The notes beneath the pieces are model-generated. The model did no database searches. It worked only from the letters and a program-made list of their open reading frames with translations, and was not told the origin of the DNA. 64,000 nucleotides of DNA from an uncultured Polynucleobacter sp. (lineage in GTDB: Bacteria; Bdellovibrionota_B; Oligoflexia; Oligoflexales; RGVZ01), in assembly GCA_964402975.1 (NCBI GenBank), contig CAYOEM010000002.1, positions 156,729 through 220,728 on the forward strand, written 5' to 3'. The translations under genes and the position numbers were made by a program. Each line of letters starts with the position of its first letter. Position 1 is the stretch's first letter. Shown piece by piece: positions 42,149 to 50,465 of this stretch.

Positions 42149-43168
42149 TTAAGCTCCCCAAACAATCAGCGCTGAACCCCAGGTAAATCCCGCTCCGAAC
42201 GCCGTAACCATGATCTTGTCTCCAGCCTTCAAGCGCCCGGCCCGCGCACACTCATCAAGAAGGGTAGGGATGGTCGCTGCCGATGTGTTGCCGTACTTTT
42301 GGATGTTGTTATAGGTTTTTTCGGGCGGAATTTTAAGCGTAGCACTGATGTGCTCGTTGATCCGCAGATTAGCCTGGTGAAATAACCAAAGATCCACGTC
42401 AGCAATCGAGAGATGAAGATTTTGCAAAACCTCACCGATGACCTCAGGCATCCGCGTGACTGCGTGTTTAAATACAAAACGGCCATCCATGTAAGGATTA
42501 TGTGCACCGTCTGCGATATGTTCTGGTCTGATCCAATCTCCGCCCACTGTCGACGGAAACTTTACACCAAGTTTATCGGTGTATTGGCCTTCAAGATGGG
42601 TGACGACTTTCTTGATGCCGTGTTCAGGATTTTTTGCGACCTCTAAAATCACAGCTCCGGCGGCATCGCCAAATAGGGTGGCCGTGTCTCGCCCCCGATT
42701 TGACAGATCAAGAGCCACGCTTTGCACCTCAACACCAACCAGTAAGATGCGCTTATACTGACCAGAAGCGATCAGAGCCTGACCCAGTTCAAGTCCATAA
42801 ATAAAACCGCTGCACTGAGCTCTGACGTCAAGTCCCGGCGTCGTACCCAGGCCAAGCTTAGCTTGTAGAAATGAGCATGTGCCGGGGAAATACTGCTGCG
42901 GTGATAGGGTGGCGACCAAGATAAAATCGATATCTTTGGCCTGAAGGCCCGACGACTTAAGAGCTTTGAGGGATGCCTCATAAGCGAGGTCCGCAGGCCC
43001 TACTCCTACGTCCACGTGACGGCGTTCCTCGATGCCGGTACGCTGACGAATCCATTCGTCAGACGTATCCATTAACTTGGCTAAATCGTTATTTGTCACC
43101 ACCCGGGGAGGCACGGCCATTCCAGTTCCAGTGATGGCGACGGCCGCGGGCAGGTGGGTTTGGTTCAT
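42149..43168 (-). CDS. fabH: 3-oxoacyl-ACP synthase III (KAS III)
   Basis: Motifs AQCSGFIYGL (active-site Cys), LFHQANLRI (His), GNTSAATIP (Asn) and AFGAGFTWGSALIVW are present. 339 aa. Confidence 0.93.
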   Translation of the reverse strand: MNQTHLPAAVAITGTGMAVPPRVVTNNDLAKLMDTSDEWIRQRTGIEERRHVDVGVGPADLAYEASLKALKSSGLQAKDIDFILVATLSPQQYFPGTCSFLQAKLGLGTTPGLDVRAQCSGFIYGLELGQALIASGQYKRILLVGVEVQSVALDLSNRGRDTATLFGDAAGAVILEVAKNPEHGIKKVVTHLEGQYTDKLGVKFPSTVGGDWIRPEHIADGAHNPYMDGRFVFKHAVTRMPEVIGEVLQNLHLSIADVDLWLFHQANLRINEHISATLKIPPEKTYNNIQKYGNTSAATIPTLLDECARAGRLKAGDKIMVTAFGAGFTWGSALIVWGA

Positions 43169-43303
43169 TAGAAAGGCTCCTTATTGAGATCCTTCGGATT
43201 ATGCTACAAATTTAACCTTATTCCAACTGCGAGAAAGGCCCGTCTTATACCGGGCAGATTATACCGGCAGACAGCTGGCAAAAAAACGAACTAAAATAGC
43301 GAT

Positions 43304-45622
43304 ATGTTAGAGAAACCAAACGAAAAACCACCAGAAAAGATCGACGCTCAGGGCCCAGCCCAGATCCTCGATCTGCCCAAATTACCGGCGCGCTCAGCTG
43401 CGACGAGTAAAATTCCGCGCATTCACACGGACCGATACCTGAACCGGGAACTTAGCTGGATTGAATTTAATGCTAGGGTGCTCGAAGAGGCTATCAGCAC
43501 ATCTGTGCCTCTGCTTGAGCGTCTCAAATTCATCAGCATCTTCATGAGTAACCTCGATGAGTTTTTCATGGTACGCGTGGCGGGTTTGCGCAAGATGGTG
43601 CAAGAAGACATCAAATCATCCTCCGACTCACCGGATGAACTTTCAGGCGAAGACATTCTAGAGCACATCAGGCTTCGCATATCGGAGTTGACGCAAGTCG
43701 CTTACGAAACCCTACAGAAAGACGTTCTCCCTGGTCTTGAGGCCGAGGGCATTGAAATCGTCGGCATGTCGCAACTGCCTGCCGACGCAAAAGCAACTCT
43801 TAACACTTACTTCAAAAACAATGTATTGCCGGTTCTAACACCACTTGCCGTGGACCCGGCGCATCCGTTTCCTTTCTTAACGAATCTTTGTCAGTACCTG
43901 GTCGTTTTGTTTAAAGACATCAACTACAACAGCCAAATCGGTATTCCCCCAATTGGTCTTGTGGAGATTCCTTCGGTGCTACCAAGGCTGATACCAGTAA
44001 ACTGGAAGCTCGACAAAAGACAGTTTGTACTACTTGAAGATCTGATCAAAGCCAACATCAGTAGTATCTTCCTAGGTTATGAACTTGCTGACGCTCACCC
44101 TATCAGAGTCACTCGAAACCTCGACTACACGCTGCTTGAAAACGAGGTCGTCGACCTACTGAAGTCCGTGCAACGTGAGCTAACAAATAGAGAACACCAA
44201 GAGGCCGTCAGACTAGAACTTGGTGGCAAGCTGCCTAAAAGCGTTATGGAGATCTTAAAGCGTGAGCTTCACGTCACGTCGAAAGAAATTTACGAATCTC
44301 CCGAGCCTCTGCTCATTCCAGGTCTCATGACGCTTTATCATCTGCCGACGCCAAATCTAAAAGATCCGCCCTTTAACCCAAGACTTCCCATGCAGATGAT
44401 GAGTAATGAAGACTTGTTTGCCCTTATGCGCAGAGAAGACATTCTTCTACATCACCCGTATGACAGTTTTTATCCCGTGGTTGAGCTTCTCCAAGTCGCT
44501 GCCCACGACCCAAATGTGCTGGCTATTAAGCAAACTCTCTACCGTAGTGGCGGCGACAGCCCGATCATTGACTCGCTGATTGCAGCGGCTGAACTTGGCA
44601 AACAAGTCACCGTGGTCGTTGAATTAAAAGCAAGATTTGACGAGAAAAACAACATCCTCTGGGCTCGCCGTCTTGAGCGTGCCGGCGTGAATGTAGTATT
44701 CGGCTTCGTAGGGCTCAAAACCCACGCCAAGGCTACGTTAATTGTGCGTAGAGAGGGCGGCAAACTCGCGCGCTACGTCCACCTATCGACTGGAAACTAC
44801 AATTCAAATACAGCAAAACTCTACACAGATATGGGTTTTTTCAGCGCCAACAGTGACCTGGCCGATGATATTGGACATCTATTCAATATTCTGACTGGGT
44901 TTAATATTCTGACTGGTGAGATGAAACTGAAACGTAAACACATCATCCCTGACATGAAAAAGCTTCTGCTGGCGCCCATCACACTGCGGCCGAGACTTCT
45001 TGAGCTCATTAAGCGCGAGATTCAATTCAAAAAAGACAACCACAAGGCCATGATTGTCATCAAGGTCAACGCAGTTACCGATAAAGAGCTCATCGATGCG
45101 CTTTACGAGGCTAGCCAAGCCGGCGTCGAGATTCATTTAATTGTTCGAGGTATGTGCTGCCTAAGACCCGGTGTCAAAGGACTTTCTGAAAACATCCATG
45201 TCACATCGATCATTGACCGCTTCTTGGAGCACAGCCGGATTTATTACTTCCATAGTAACGGCAAAAAAGAAGTATTCATGGCCAGTGCGGATATGAGCCC
45301 TCGTAACATGGATCGACGGGTGGAAGTGTGCTTTCCGCTTGAATCCGCTGAGGTGAAAGAGCACATCATAAACCATATTCTAGCCACCTACTTGGCCGAT
45401 AACGTTAAAGCTTGGACCTTGACTCCTGACGGCAGCTACAAACGCCGTGAACGCGGGCCAAATGAGCGTGAGATTCGGTCTCAGGCCAAATTTATTGAGC
45501 TAGCCCGTGACTACGGCATAAAGTCTATTCCTTACGACATGGCCATCCGTCACAACACAGTCAAAGAAAAAGGCACCCGTCCTGTAGCAAAGGCCAAGAA
45601 AACACAGGTTAAAGATCACTAA
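43304..45622 (+). CDS. ppk: Polyphosphate kinase 1
   Basis: Motifs RYLNRELSWIEFNARVLEEA, FISIFMSNLDEFFMVRVAGL, GLKTHAKATLIVRREG (autophosphorylated His region) and HLSTGNYN are present, plus two PLD-like C-terminal domains. 772 aa with a ~40-aa N-terminal extension. Confidence 0.95.
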   Translation: MLEKPNEKPPEKIDAQGPAQILDLPKLPARSAATSKIPRIHTDRYLNRELSWIEFNARVLEEAISTSVPLLERLKFISIFMSNLDEFFMVRVAGLRKMVQEDIKSSSDSPDELSGEDILEHIRLRISELTQVAYETLQKDVLPGLEAEGIEIVGMSQLPADAKATLNTYFKNNVLPVLTPLAVDPAHPFPFLTNLCQYLVVLFKDINYNSQIGIPPIGLVEIPSVLPRLIPVNWKLDKRQFVLLEDLIKANISSIFLGYELADAHPIRVTRNLDYTLLENEVVDLLKSVQRELTNREHQEAVRLELGGKLPKSVMEILKRELHVTSKEIYESPEPLLIPGLMTLYHLPTPNLKDPPFNPRLPMQMMSNEDLFALMRREDILLHHPYDSFYPVVELLQVAAHDPNVLAIKQTLYRSGGDSPIIDSLIAAAELGKQVTVVVELKARFDEKNNILWARRLERAGVNVVFGFVGLKTHAKATLIVRREGGKLARYVHLSTGNYNSNTAKLYTDMGFFSANSDLADDIGHLFNILTGFNILTGEMKLKRKHIIPDMKKLLLAPITLRPRLLELIKREIQFKKDNHKAMIVIKVNAVTDKELIDALYEASQAGVEIHLIVRGMCCLRPGVKGLSENIHVTSIIDRFLEHSRIYYFHSNGKKEVFMASADMSPRNMDRRVEVCFPLESAEVKEHIINHILATYLADNVKAWTLTPDGSYKRRERGPNEREIRSQAKFIELARDYGIKSIPYDMAIRHNTVKEKGTRPVAKAKKTQVKDH

Positions 45623-45679
45623 AAAATAGTCCGATTTTTTGCATACTCTCCCCTAACATGCGAAAATTGAGGGACAAGA

Positions 45680-46252
45680 GTGCTTAAAATTTTTTACTTC
45701 GAAACGATGAGGTTAACCCGTATGAGTCTGAAATTTGGCGTAGCCCTGACGGCATTGGTTGGCGTTTATGTAACTGGCTGTAGCACGCCAGGCAATGCAC
45801 CAAAGGAAAAAGAAGAAAAGTATGACTTCGTCGGTGGCTACACTGGTGACGACCGTGTGATCGTTAAAGGTGACAGTGCGTCGTTGCACTCAGATCGCAA
45901 TGCCGTGGCTGAGTACACAAAAACTGTCGATACGATCAACGCAGAGCGCCAGAAAGTCGAAAGCGACCTAGCGGGTCTCGCCCTCTGCCGCCGTACGAAA
46001 GCTCGTGAAAAAGGCGTTGAGGTAGAAGAAGGACCGCTGACAATTCCATGTATGAAGAAAGTTGTCACCGACCGTGAAAAAGCCGGCGACGATCTCATGC
46101 AAGTGAACGGCAAACTAGTTCTTCGCAAAAAAGAAGACTTCAAGTCCCGTCTTGACGAAGCCCGTGCATGCCTTGACCAAATGACAAGCGTCCGAGACAA
46201 GTCTCGCGAGAGCTACATGCTCGACGAGTGCGACAAGGTTAAGCGCCAGTAA
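45680..46252 (+). CDS. Hypothetical lipoprotein (coiled-coil-like)
   Basis: ALTALVGVYVTGCSTPG is a lipobox. The mature part is charged and probably helical. The start is uncertain (GTG 45680 with a GAGGGA RBS, or ATG 45707/45722). The TAA stop is immediately followed by REP copy 3. Confidence 0.6.
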   Translation: MLKIFYFETMRLTRMSLKFGVALTALVGVYVTGCSTPGNAPKEKEEKYDFVGGYTGDDRVIVKGDSASLHSDRNAVAEYTKTVDTINAERQKVESDLAGLALCRRTKAREKGVEVEEGPLTIPCMKKVVTDREKAGDDLMQVNGKLVLRKKEDFKSRLDEARACLDQMTSVRDKSRESYMLDECDKVKRQ

Positions 46253-46282
46253 TGGGGACACCCGACTGATTGAGTATTGATT
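46253..46282 (+). repeat. REP-like 30-mer, copy 3 (solitary)
   Basis: TGGGGACACCCGACTGATTGAGTATTGATT is identical to 11739..11768. Similarity to copy 2 extends about 6 more nt (GAGCAG vs GAACAG). Confidence 0.9.
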
Positions 46283-46318
46283 GAGCAGACTCGATTTTCA
46301 GAGCAACGCATCACAAAT

Positions 46319-46358
46319 AAAGAGCCTGTTACCGCACGGTGACAGGCTCTTTTGTTTT
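46319..46358. terminator. Bidirectional rho-independent terminator
   Basis: AAAGAGCCTGTTAC - CGCACG - GTGACAGGCTCTTT forms a 14-bp stem with one G-U pair. It is followed by TGTTTTC on the + strand and TATTTGTG on the - strand. It sits between convergent genes 45680..46252 (+) and 46436..46996 (-). Confidence 0.75.
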
Positions 46359-46435
46359 CGAATCCCCAGAACTAAAATACCACGCGGCTACGGCGTCGCC
46401 ATTACAAGGCGGACGCTCAGTGTCCCCCTTTTATA

Positions 46436-46996
46436 TTATTGAACCTGTCTAAGATCGTAGTCGATGCCGGCTATAAATAACTCCGCTGATATCAGACTGC
46501 TATTTTCAAGATCCCATGTGACCACTAAATAGCGATTCCACCGAAAGCGCTTCTCGCCCAGACCAGGATACTTGGGATTCAGTGGACCGACACAACTGCC
46601 ATCCGGGTCATCCGTTGGCAGGAAGAATTTAACGTATTGTAACGGGGTCGAATCATCGTCCATACCACCGCCACGCATCCGCACGCATGACAATTTATAA
46701 GTTTGCCCCCCCACTATAAGTTCTGACTCAGCCCGAAGTGGCAGGTGATCAAAGAACTCAACATGTGGCCTGCCCGTAAGCGGATCTATATAACTGTTGA
46801 CTAGCGGCGTATGTTCCACTGACTGGACAGGTGTAAACCGCAAGCGCACATCCGTCTTGCCAGTAATCGTATCGAATTCAAAATTGTAATCCGAAGGAAT
46901 ACCAGAGAGGTAATCACGCACCTTAAAGGGCTCCGCCTGCCCCGTAGCACTAAAGAGCCCCAAAATAATCAGCAATGTAAAACAATCCCTTAACAT
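46436..46996 (-). CDS. Hypothetical secreted protein
   Basis: Track ORF is 46436..47023 (TTG). The ATG at 46996 gives MLRDCFTLLIILGLFSATGQAEP, a signal peptide. No family recognised. Confidence 0.6.
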   Translation of the reverse strand: MLRDCFTLLIILGLFSATGQAEPFKVRDYLSGIPSDYNFEFDTITGKTDVRLRFTPVQSVEHTPLVNSYIDPLTGRPHVEFFDHLPLRAESELIVGGQTYKLSCVRMRGGGMDDDSTPLQYVKFFLPTDDPDGSCVGPLNPKYPGLGEKRFRWNRYLVVTWDLENSSLISAELFIAGIDYDLRQVQ

Positions 46997-47579
46997 CGGT
47001 GCAGGCCCCTCCCCGGACGCCAACGGACTTACTTATACCATAAATCAGCTGGCGGTGGTTAAATTTTAATCAAACCACCCTCTCGCGAGAGAAAACGCCT
47101 AAATGTATAATTTTTAGGCACTTAGGTTGGAATATCTCGAAGGACCACTCTAAATTCAATAAAATGAACCTGAATCTGTTCAATATACCACCGTCATCCA
47201 GGTTAAGTATTTGTATTTATTTTTATTTTTACAGATCTAAAACTTGTTCATTATACATCTGTTTTTTGAACGTCAGGGTCGATATATAACCATCTGATAT
47301 AATTTTGATTATTAACTAATCAGCAACGCCGGCAGTTTTGTTGTCGGCGACCTTAAAATAAACGCGCACCGGCATATTCGGTGGTGTTGTTTATTACCCG
47401 AGCCTGGGCTGCCTTAAAAGTAAACATTTAAGCTGCCGTTTGGGAGGAGGGGGGCGCAAAAAAATCGGGACTACCGGTAGTGATCTGAATTTATTGGTTT
47501 TTTATTGGATCTTAATCGGCAAAAAAACATTAAAGTTCACAAGACCCTCGGCCGGACTCTTTGCCTAGGAGGAACCGCC

Positions 47580-47828
47580 ATGTTGAAGTTTATGGTGGAA
47601 GGGTTGGCCTTGGGCGCTCTTGTAGCGTCGGGCTGTAAGCCCTCAGGCTCATCCACAGTAGGGTTTGGTCGTTACTGGGATGCAATTCCAGCGTCAAGGA
47701 CACTTAGGCAGTATTTTGAAGTGATGCCGGAGGCGCACGCTCAGAGTGCAGAAAGGACCAATGAGCTACGAGCTCAATTTAAAAGCCAAACACCGAGGAG
47801 CGCTCCTCCGTTAGTGCCAATTAGGTAA
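47580..47828 (+). CDS. Small hypothetical lipoprotein (82 aa)
   Basis: The ATG at 47580 is preceded by TAGGAGG; the track ORF starts upstream at 47505. MLKFMVEGLALGALVASGCKPSG is a signal peptide plus lipobox. A strong terminator follows. Confidence 0.5.
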   Translation: MLKFMVEGLALGALVASGCKPSGSSTVGFGRYWDAIPASRTLRQYFEVMPEAHAQSAERTNELRAQFKSQTPRSAPPLVPIR

Positions 47829-47839
47829 TTCCCTACACA

Positions 47840-47870
47840 AAAGCCAGCCCCTGAAAGGGCTGGCTTTTCT
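47840..47870. terminator. Bidirectional rho-independent terminator
   Basis: AAAGCCAGCCC - CTGAAA - GGGCTGGCTTT forms a perfect 11-bp stem with T-rich tails on both strands. It lies between convergent genes and marks the 3' end of the eight-gene minus-strand cluster. Confidence 0.85.
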
Positions 47871-47887
47871 CATATTAGTAACCTAAC

Positions 47888-48901
47888 TCACTCCAACCAA
47901 AACATCCGCATGCGGACAAATTCCCGAGTCACAGCGTCTTCAATTGCGCAGACGGAGCCGACCACGTTTTTCTCCAGGCCATCACGCCACGCGGTCTCTG
48001 TTTCGTCGCGTTTTGCCTCGCAAGCTTCCATGGTTTCAAACTTGATTGAGGTCAGTGTCGTTGCCAACGGCTGCATGACCAGTCCGGCAGTATAGATGTG
48101 AATATTGGACGTGTAGGTGGATCCACCACAGAAAAATATCGCCGTTTGCCCATCAGCTCTTGCAAATACTTCGCGCATCTCTTCGCGGTTTTTTTCACAA
48201 GCTTCAAGGCTCTTAAACTGACCTTCGCTGTACTGAACGATGGGAAGCTTATTAGCCGAGTAATACATGGCATGAATGATGGCACGATTTGGGGTCGCCT
48301 TGATGTTGACTTTTGTATACTTGGCGCCATAAGCATCAAGCGTTGTCTTTAAGTCAGTTTTCAGGCTAGCAACGTCTCCGTTGATGCCATTAAAGAAATC
48401 TCTCGCCAGGTGCTTTGGCGAAAGTTTTGGTTTGCCAAACCCATCGATACGCATCGTCCAACCATTATCAGCTTCTTGATCGCGCCGATCGTGAATACAA
48501 TAGGCGATCAATGGTTCAAGGCCAGTTGCTTCTTTGAAGGTAGCCATATCCTCATCATAGTGCGCCGTGCAGTCTTCAGCCGTATCATATAAAGCATTCA
48601 CGTAGGCATACTCATCATAGGTCGTCACTAACTTGGCAGCGACGGGACGTGAGTACTCAATCACGAGATCATAAGTTCTGTAGGGGTTGTACTCACAGCC
48701 ATGAGTTAGCACGGTGGCTTCCGCAAGATCTGCAAACCGATCCACCACCCAGCTCTCGACCTTCTCACACTGCTCTTTGGTCGCGCCGATGCGAGGAATC
48801 GTGTAGGAGTGCACCTCCGCTAGGGCCGCCGACGAAACAAAAAACAAAAATACTGCAAAAACGTTCTTCATAATCATCCTCATCTTGATGTCATTAGTCA
48901 T
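47888..48901 (-). CDS. Hypothetical secreted protein with four C-x22-23-C modules
   Basis: The signal peptide is MKNVFAVFLFFVSSAALA; the start is ATG 48901 (TAATG overlap with the upstream stop) or ATG 48871. Four homologous modules are present: EQCEKVESWVVDRFADLAEATVLTHGC, EDCTAHYDEDMATFKEATGLEPLIAYC, EACEKNREEMREVFARADGQTAIFFC and EACEAKRDETETAWRDGLEKNVVGSVC. Confidence 0.65.
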   Translation of the reverse strand: MTNDIKMRMIMKNVFAVFLFFVSSAALAEVHSYTIPRIGATKEQCEKVESWVVDRFADLAEATVLTHGCEYNPYRTYDLVIEYSRPVAAKLVTTYDEYAYVNALYDTAEDCTAHYDEDMATFKEATGLEPLIAYCIHDRRDQEADNGWTMRIDGFGKPKLSPKHLARDFFNGINGDVASLKTDLKTTLDAYGAKYTKVNIKATPNRAIIHAMYYSANKLPIVQYSEGQFKSLEACEKNREEMREVFARADGQTAIFFCGGSTYTSNIHIYTAGLVMQPLATTLTSIKFETMEACEAKRDETETAWRDGLEKNVVGSVCAIEDAVTREFVRMRMFWLE

Positions 48902-50445
48902 TACAGAGATTCTTCCAAAAGTTCGATATTACTATGGGACTGCATGGGCCTATGAATTCCCTGGTTGGGGATCTTCAGTTTAATCCCTCGCTTGGTGCGA
49001 CTTCCAATATACGCACCCCCGGGACCTTCCGTATCCAAAGAAAACTTCCCAGTAAACGGATCAAAGGCTGTCTCGGTAAAGGGTTTTCTAACCGTCATAT
49101 CCGTATACCAAAGGTTACCTTGTATTGTCAGAGGAGAAAATGGATCTTTGGAATTCACGGCCCGGTCCGACATGGCAACAATCATATTGACGTTAAGTTT
49201 TCCGTCGCTGAAGTTACCAGTGAGCTTTGAGTCTAACTTCTCAGGCTCAGCAAGCTCAACGACACCCTGAGAAGCCAAAACAAAGTTACCGACAAATCCA
49301 AACCGACGAGAATACCATGCGCCTTCCGCTAGCCCTCCACCAATCCTAGTGATCTTCACGATCATATCGGTAGTGTGGTCAGCTCGATCAAAAACGGGCT
49401 GGGCTGTCATGATATTGAAAGGACGCGGGTCAAATTTTGTATTAATCGACTCATCCGTATCCGTATGTCCGCCGTACCGGATGCTGGAAACTATCGAGAC
49501 CATGAGATTCTCGTTACCATCATCGCCACCGCCTTGGCGGTACGTAGTCACTGAAATATTCATGGCTTGATAGATATCACGCCGCTCGAGATGAACGAAT
49601 CCACTGTAGACCCCTTCGAGTCCAGCACTCGGGGCTCGGTCATTAAGTCGAACGGCCCATTTAGGTTGGCTCACAGGTAGTTTTTTAACTCCAGGACCAA
49701 CGTGCTCAATCGAAGAACGATTATACCGACACTGTCCGCACGTGAATCCCGACTCATCCACATTGCAAGCAAACGAACCGAAGGCTCCGTGAAAATCTAT
49801 ATGGCCTGTAAAAATGTCGTAATCTGCGTCGTGATAGACATTTGTCACGCAAGTGCTGGCACCAATCGGACATCCAGTTCCTCCGTTGTCACCCATCTGT
49901 GCCATGATGATAAACGGTGCGAAAGGGTCCGTACGGTTTGTGGCAATGGGATGAGAGGGGCTTGATTGAACCTGAAAGCGGCGGCCCATACCTTCGCAAA
50001 CACCGCGGTATTCGCCCCACATCTTCTGAACTAGAGGCCTTTCAACATTAACTTCAGACTGCTGGCTTAGCATGAGCTTTCCAACAATTCCGTGGCCAGT
50101 CTTAAGGTTGGCCTCGAGTTGACTGCCGTTAAAGTTATTGACAACAAAATGGAGCTCGCGTTCTGAGCTATCAAAAACTAAAGTGCCGTTTAGTAGGTTA
50201 TAGGTAACGTTATCGTAGTCATAGCTTGCGTACTCATCACTGTTATAGTCGCCAAAATATAAAACAAGAGTCGCGCGAAGTTTTAAAATTCCACCCGATT
50301 CTTGCTCAGTGATGAAATCTAATCTTGCAAGCTGATCTTGCGCCAGGTGTTCATGTCGAAGAACGCCAAGATAGCGCCCAAAAGTCGGCGCCGCCAAGGA
50401 ACCCGTCGACCAAAACAACGCCATCCATATCAAAAATCTTTTCAT
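48901..50445 (-). CDS. Hypothetical secreted protein, 'GDYNS-motif' family (multi-copy)
   Basis: MKRFLIWMALFWSTGSLAAP is a signal peptide. The motif LRATLVLYFGDYNSDEYASYDYDNVTYNL is shared with the 56957..58255 and 58255..59091 products. More degenerate copies follow downstream (IRYGGHTDTDESINTKFDPRPFN; LWYTDMTVRKPFTETAFDPFTGKF). Confidence 0.65.
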   Translation of the reverse strand: MKRFLIWMALFWSTGSLAAPTFGRYLGVLRHEHLAQDQLARLDFITEQESGGILKLRATLVLYFGDYNSDEYASYDYDNVTYNLLNGTLVFDSSERELHFVVNNFNGSQLEANLKTGHGIVGKLMLSQQSEVNVERPLVQKMWGEYRGVCEGMGRRFQVQSSPSHPIATNRTDPFAPFIIMAQMGDNGGTGCPIGASTCVTNVYHDADYDIFTGHIDFHGAFGSFACNVDESGFTCGQCRYNRSSIEHVGPGVKKLPVSQPKWAVRLNDRAPSAGLEGVYSGFVHLERRDIYQAMNISVTTYRQGGGDDGNENLMVSIVSSIRYGGHTDTDESINTKFDPRPFNIMTAQPVFDRADHTTDMIVKITRIGGGLAEGAWYSRRFGFVGNFVLASQGVVELAEPEKLDSKLTGNFSDGKLNVNMIVAMSDRAVNSKDPFSPLTIQGNLWYTDMTVRKPFTETAFDPFTGKFSLDTEGPGGAYIGSRTKRGIKLKIPNQGIHRPMQSHSNIELLEESL

Positions 50446-50465
50446 CGATTCACGTCCTCCCTTTT

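Noticed and set aside
45621-45640. AAAAAATagtccgATTTTTT palindrome directly after the ppk1 stop as a terminator.
   Set aside because: The stem is A/T only (7 bp) and has very low predicted stability. It may still act weakly, but I would not call it.
46416-46428. CTCAGTGTCCCCC as a degenerate inverted partner of REP copy 3, which would make a REPIN doublet.
   Set aside because: Only ~10 nt match, and that requires a 5-nt deletion. It is too short to distinguish from chance without a genome-wide repeat model.
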